Of a stretch of DNA of 64,000 nucleotides, positions 63,926 to 64,000 are shown piece by piece. This stretch comes from Nostoc sp. DedSLP01 (lineage in GTDB: Bacteria > Cyanobacteriota > Cyanobacteriia > Cyanobacteriales > Nostocaceae). The stretch covers positions 183,298 through 247,297 of the forward strand of contig JAVRCJ020000009.1 in assembly GCA_034530875.2 (NCBI GenBank), written 5' to 3'. Positions within the stretch are counted from its first letter, which is position 1; every line of letters starts with the position of its first letter. The notes below the pieces were generated by a model. The model worked only from the letters and a program-made list of their open reading frames with translations, was not told the origin of the DNA and did not search any database. The position numbers and the translations under genes are program-made.

Positions 63926-64000
63926 CAAGGGGCGACAAGCGAGCTAAAGTGCTTGCTGTATAAGCTTCATGGCTCTTAAACCTCGCTGATAATATGCCTG

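Overview
This is a chromosomal window from a heterocyst-forming cyanobacterium (Nostocales). The assignment rests on dense HIP1 octamers (GCGATCGC), STRR-type short tandem repeats, pcyA, cyanoP and a devBCA operon with a canonical NtcA promoter. Core genes are uvrC (partial), an LL-DAP-type aminotransferase, thioredoxin, ribD, maf, dapB, ggt and recQ. Accessory content includes two tandem Ser/Thr kinases, a VapBC-type TA pair beside an AT-rich orphan gene, a type I secretion locus with two likely cargo proteins, a pair of AAA_35 NTPases and an ethylene-receptor-like histidine kinase. The strongest leads are: (1) three 21-nt mini-elements inserted in HIP1 sites, two of them in frame inside proteins; (2) two stand-alone sRNA candidates, a PsrR1-like RNA upstream of psbP and an unknown ~270-nt RNA with a possible pseudoknot; (3) a canonical NtcA promoter driving an uncharacterised 85-aa protein; (4) a phosphatase + beta-propeller + T1SS locus with a possible Pho box; (5) proteins with altered catalytic or ligand residues. 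No CRISPR array, tRNA, rRNA or transposase gene was seen. All family calls come from motif recognition, not database searches.
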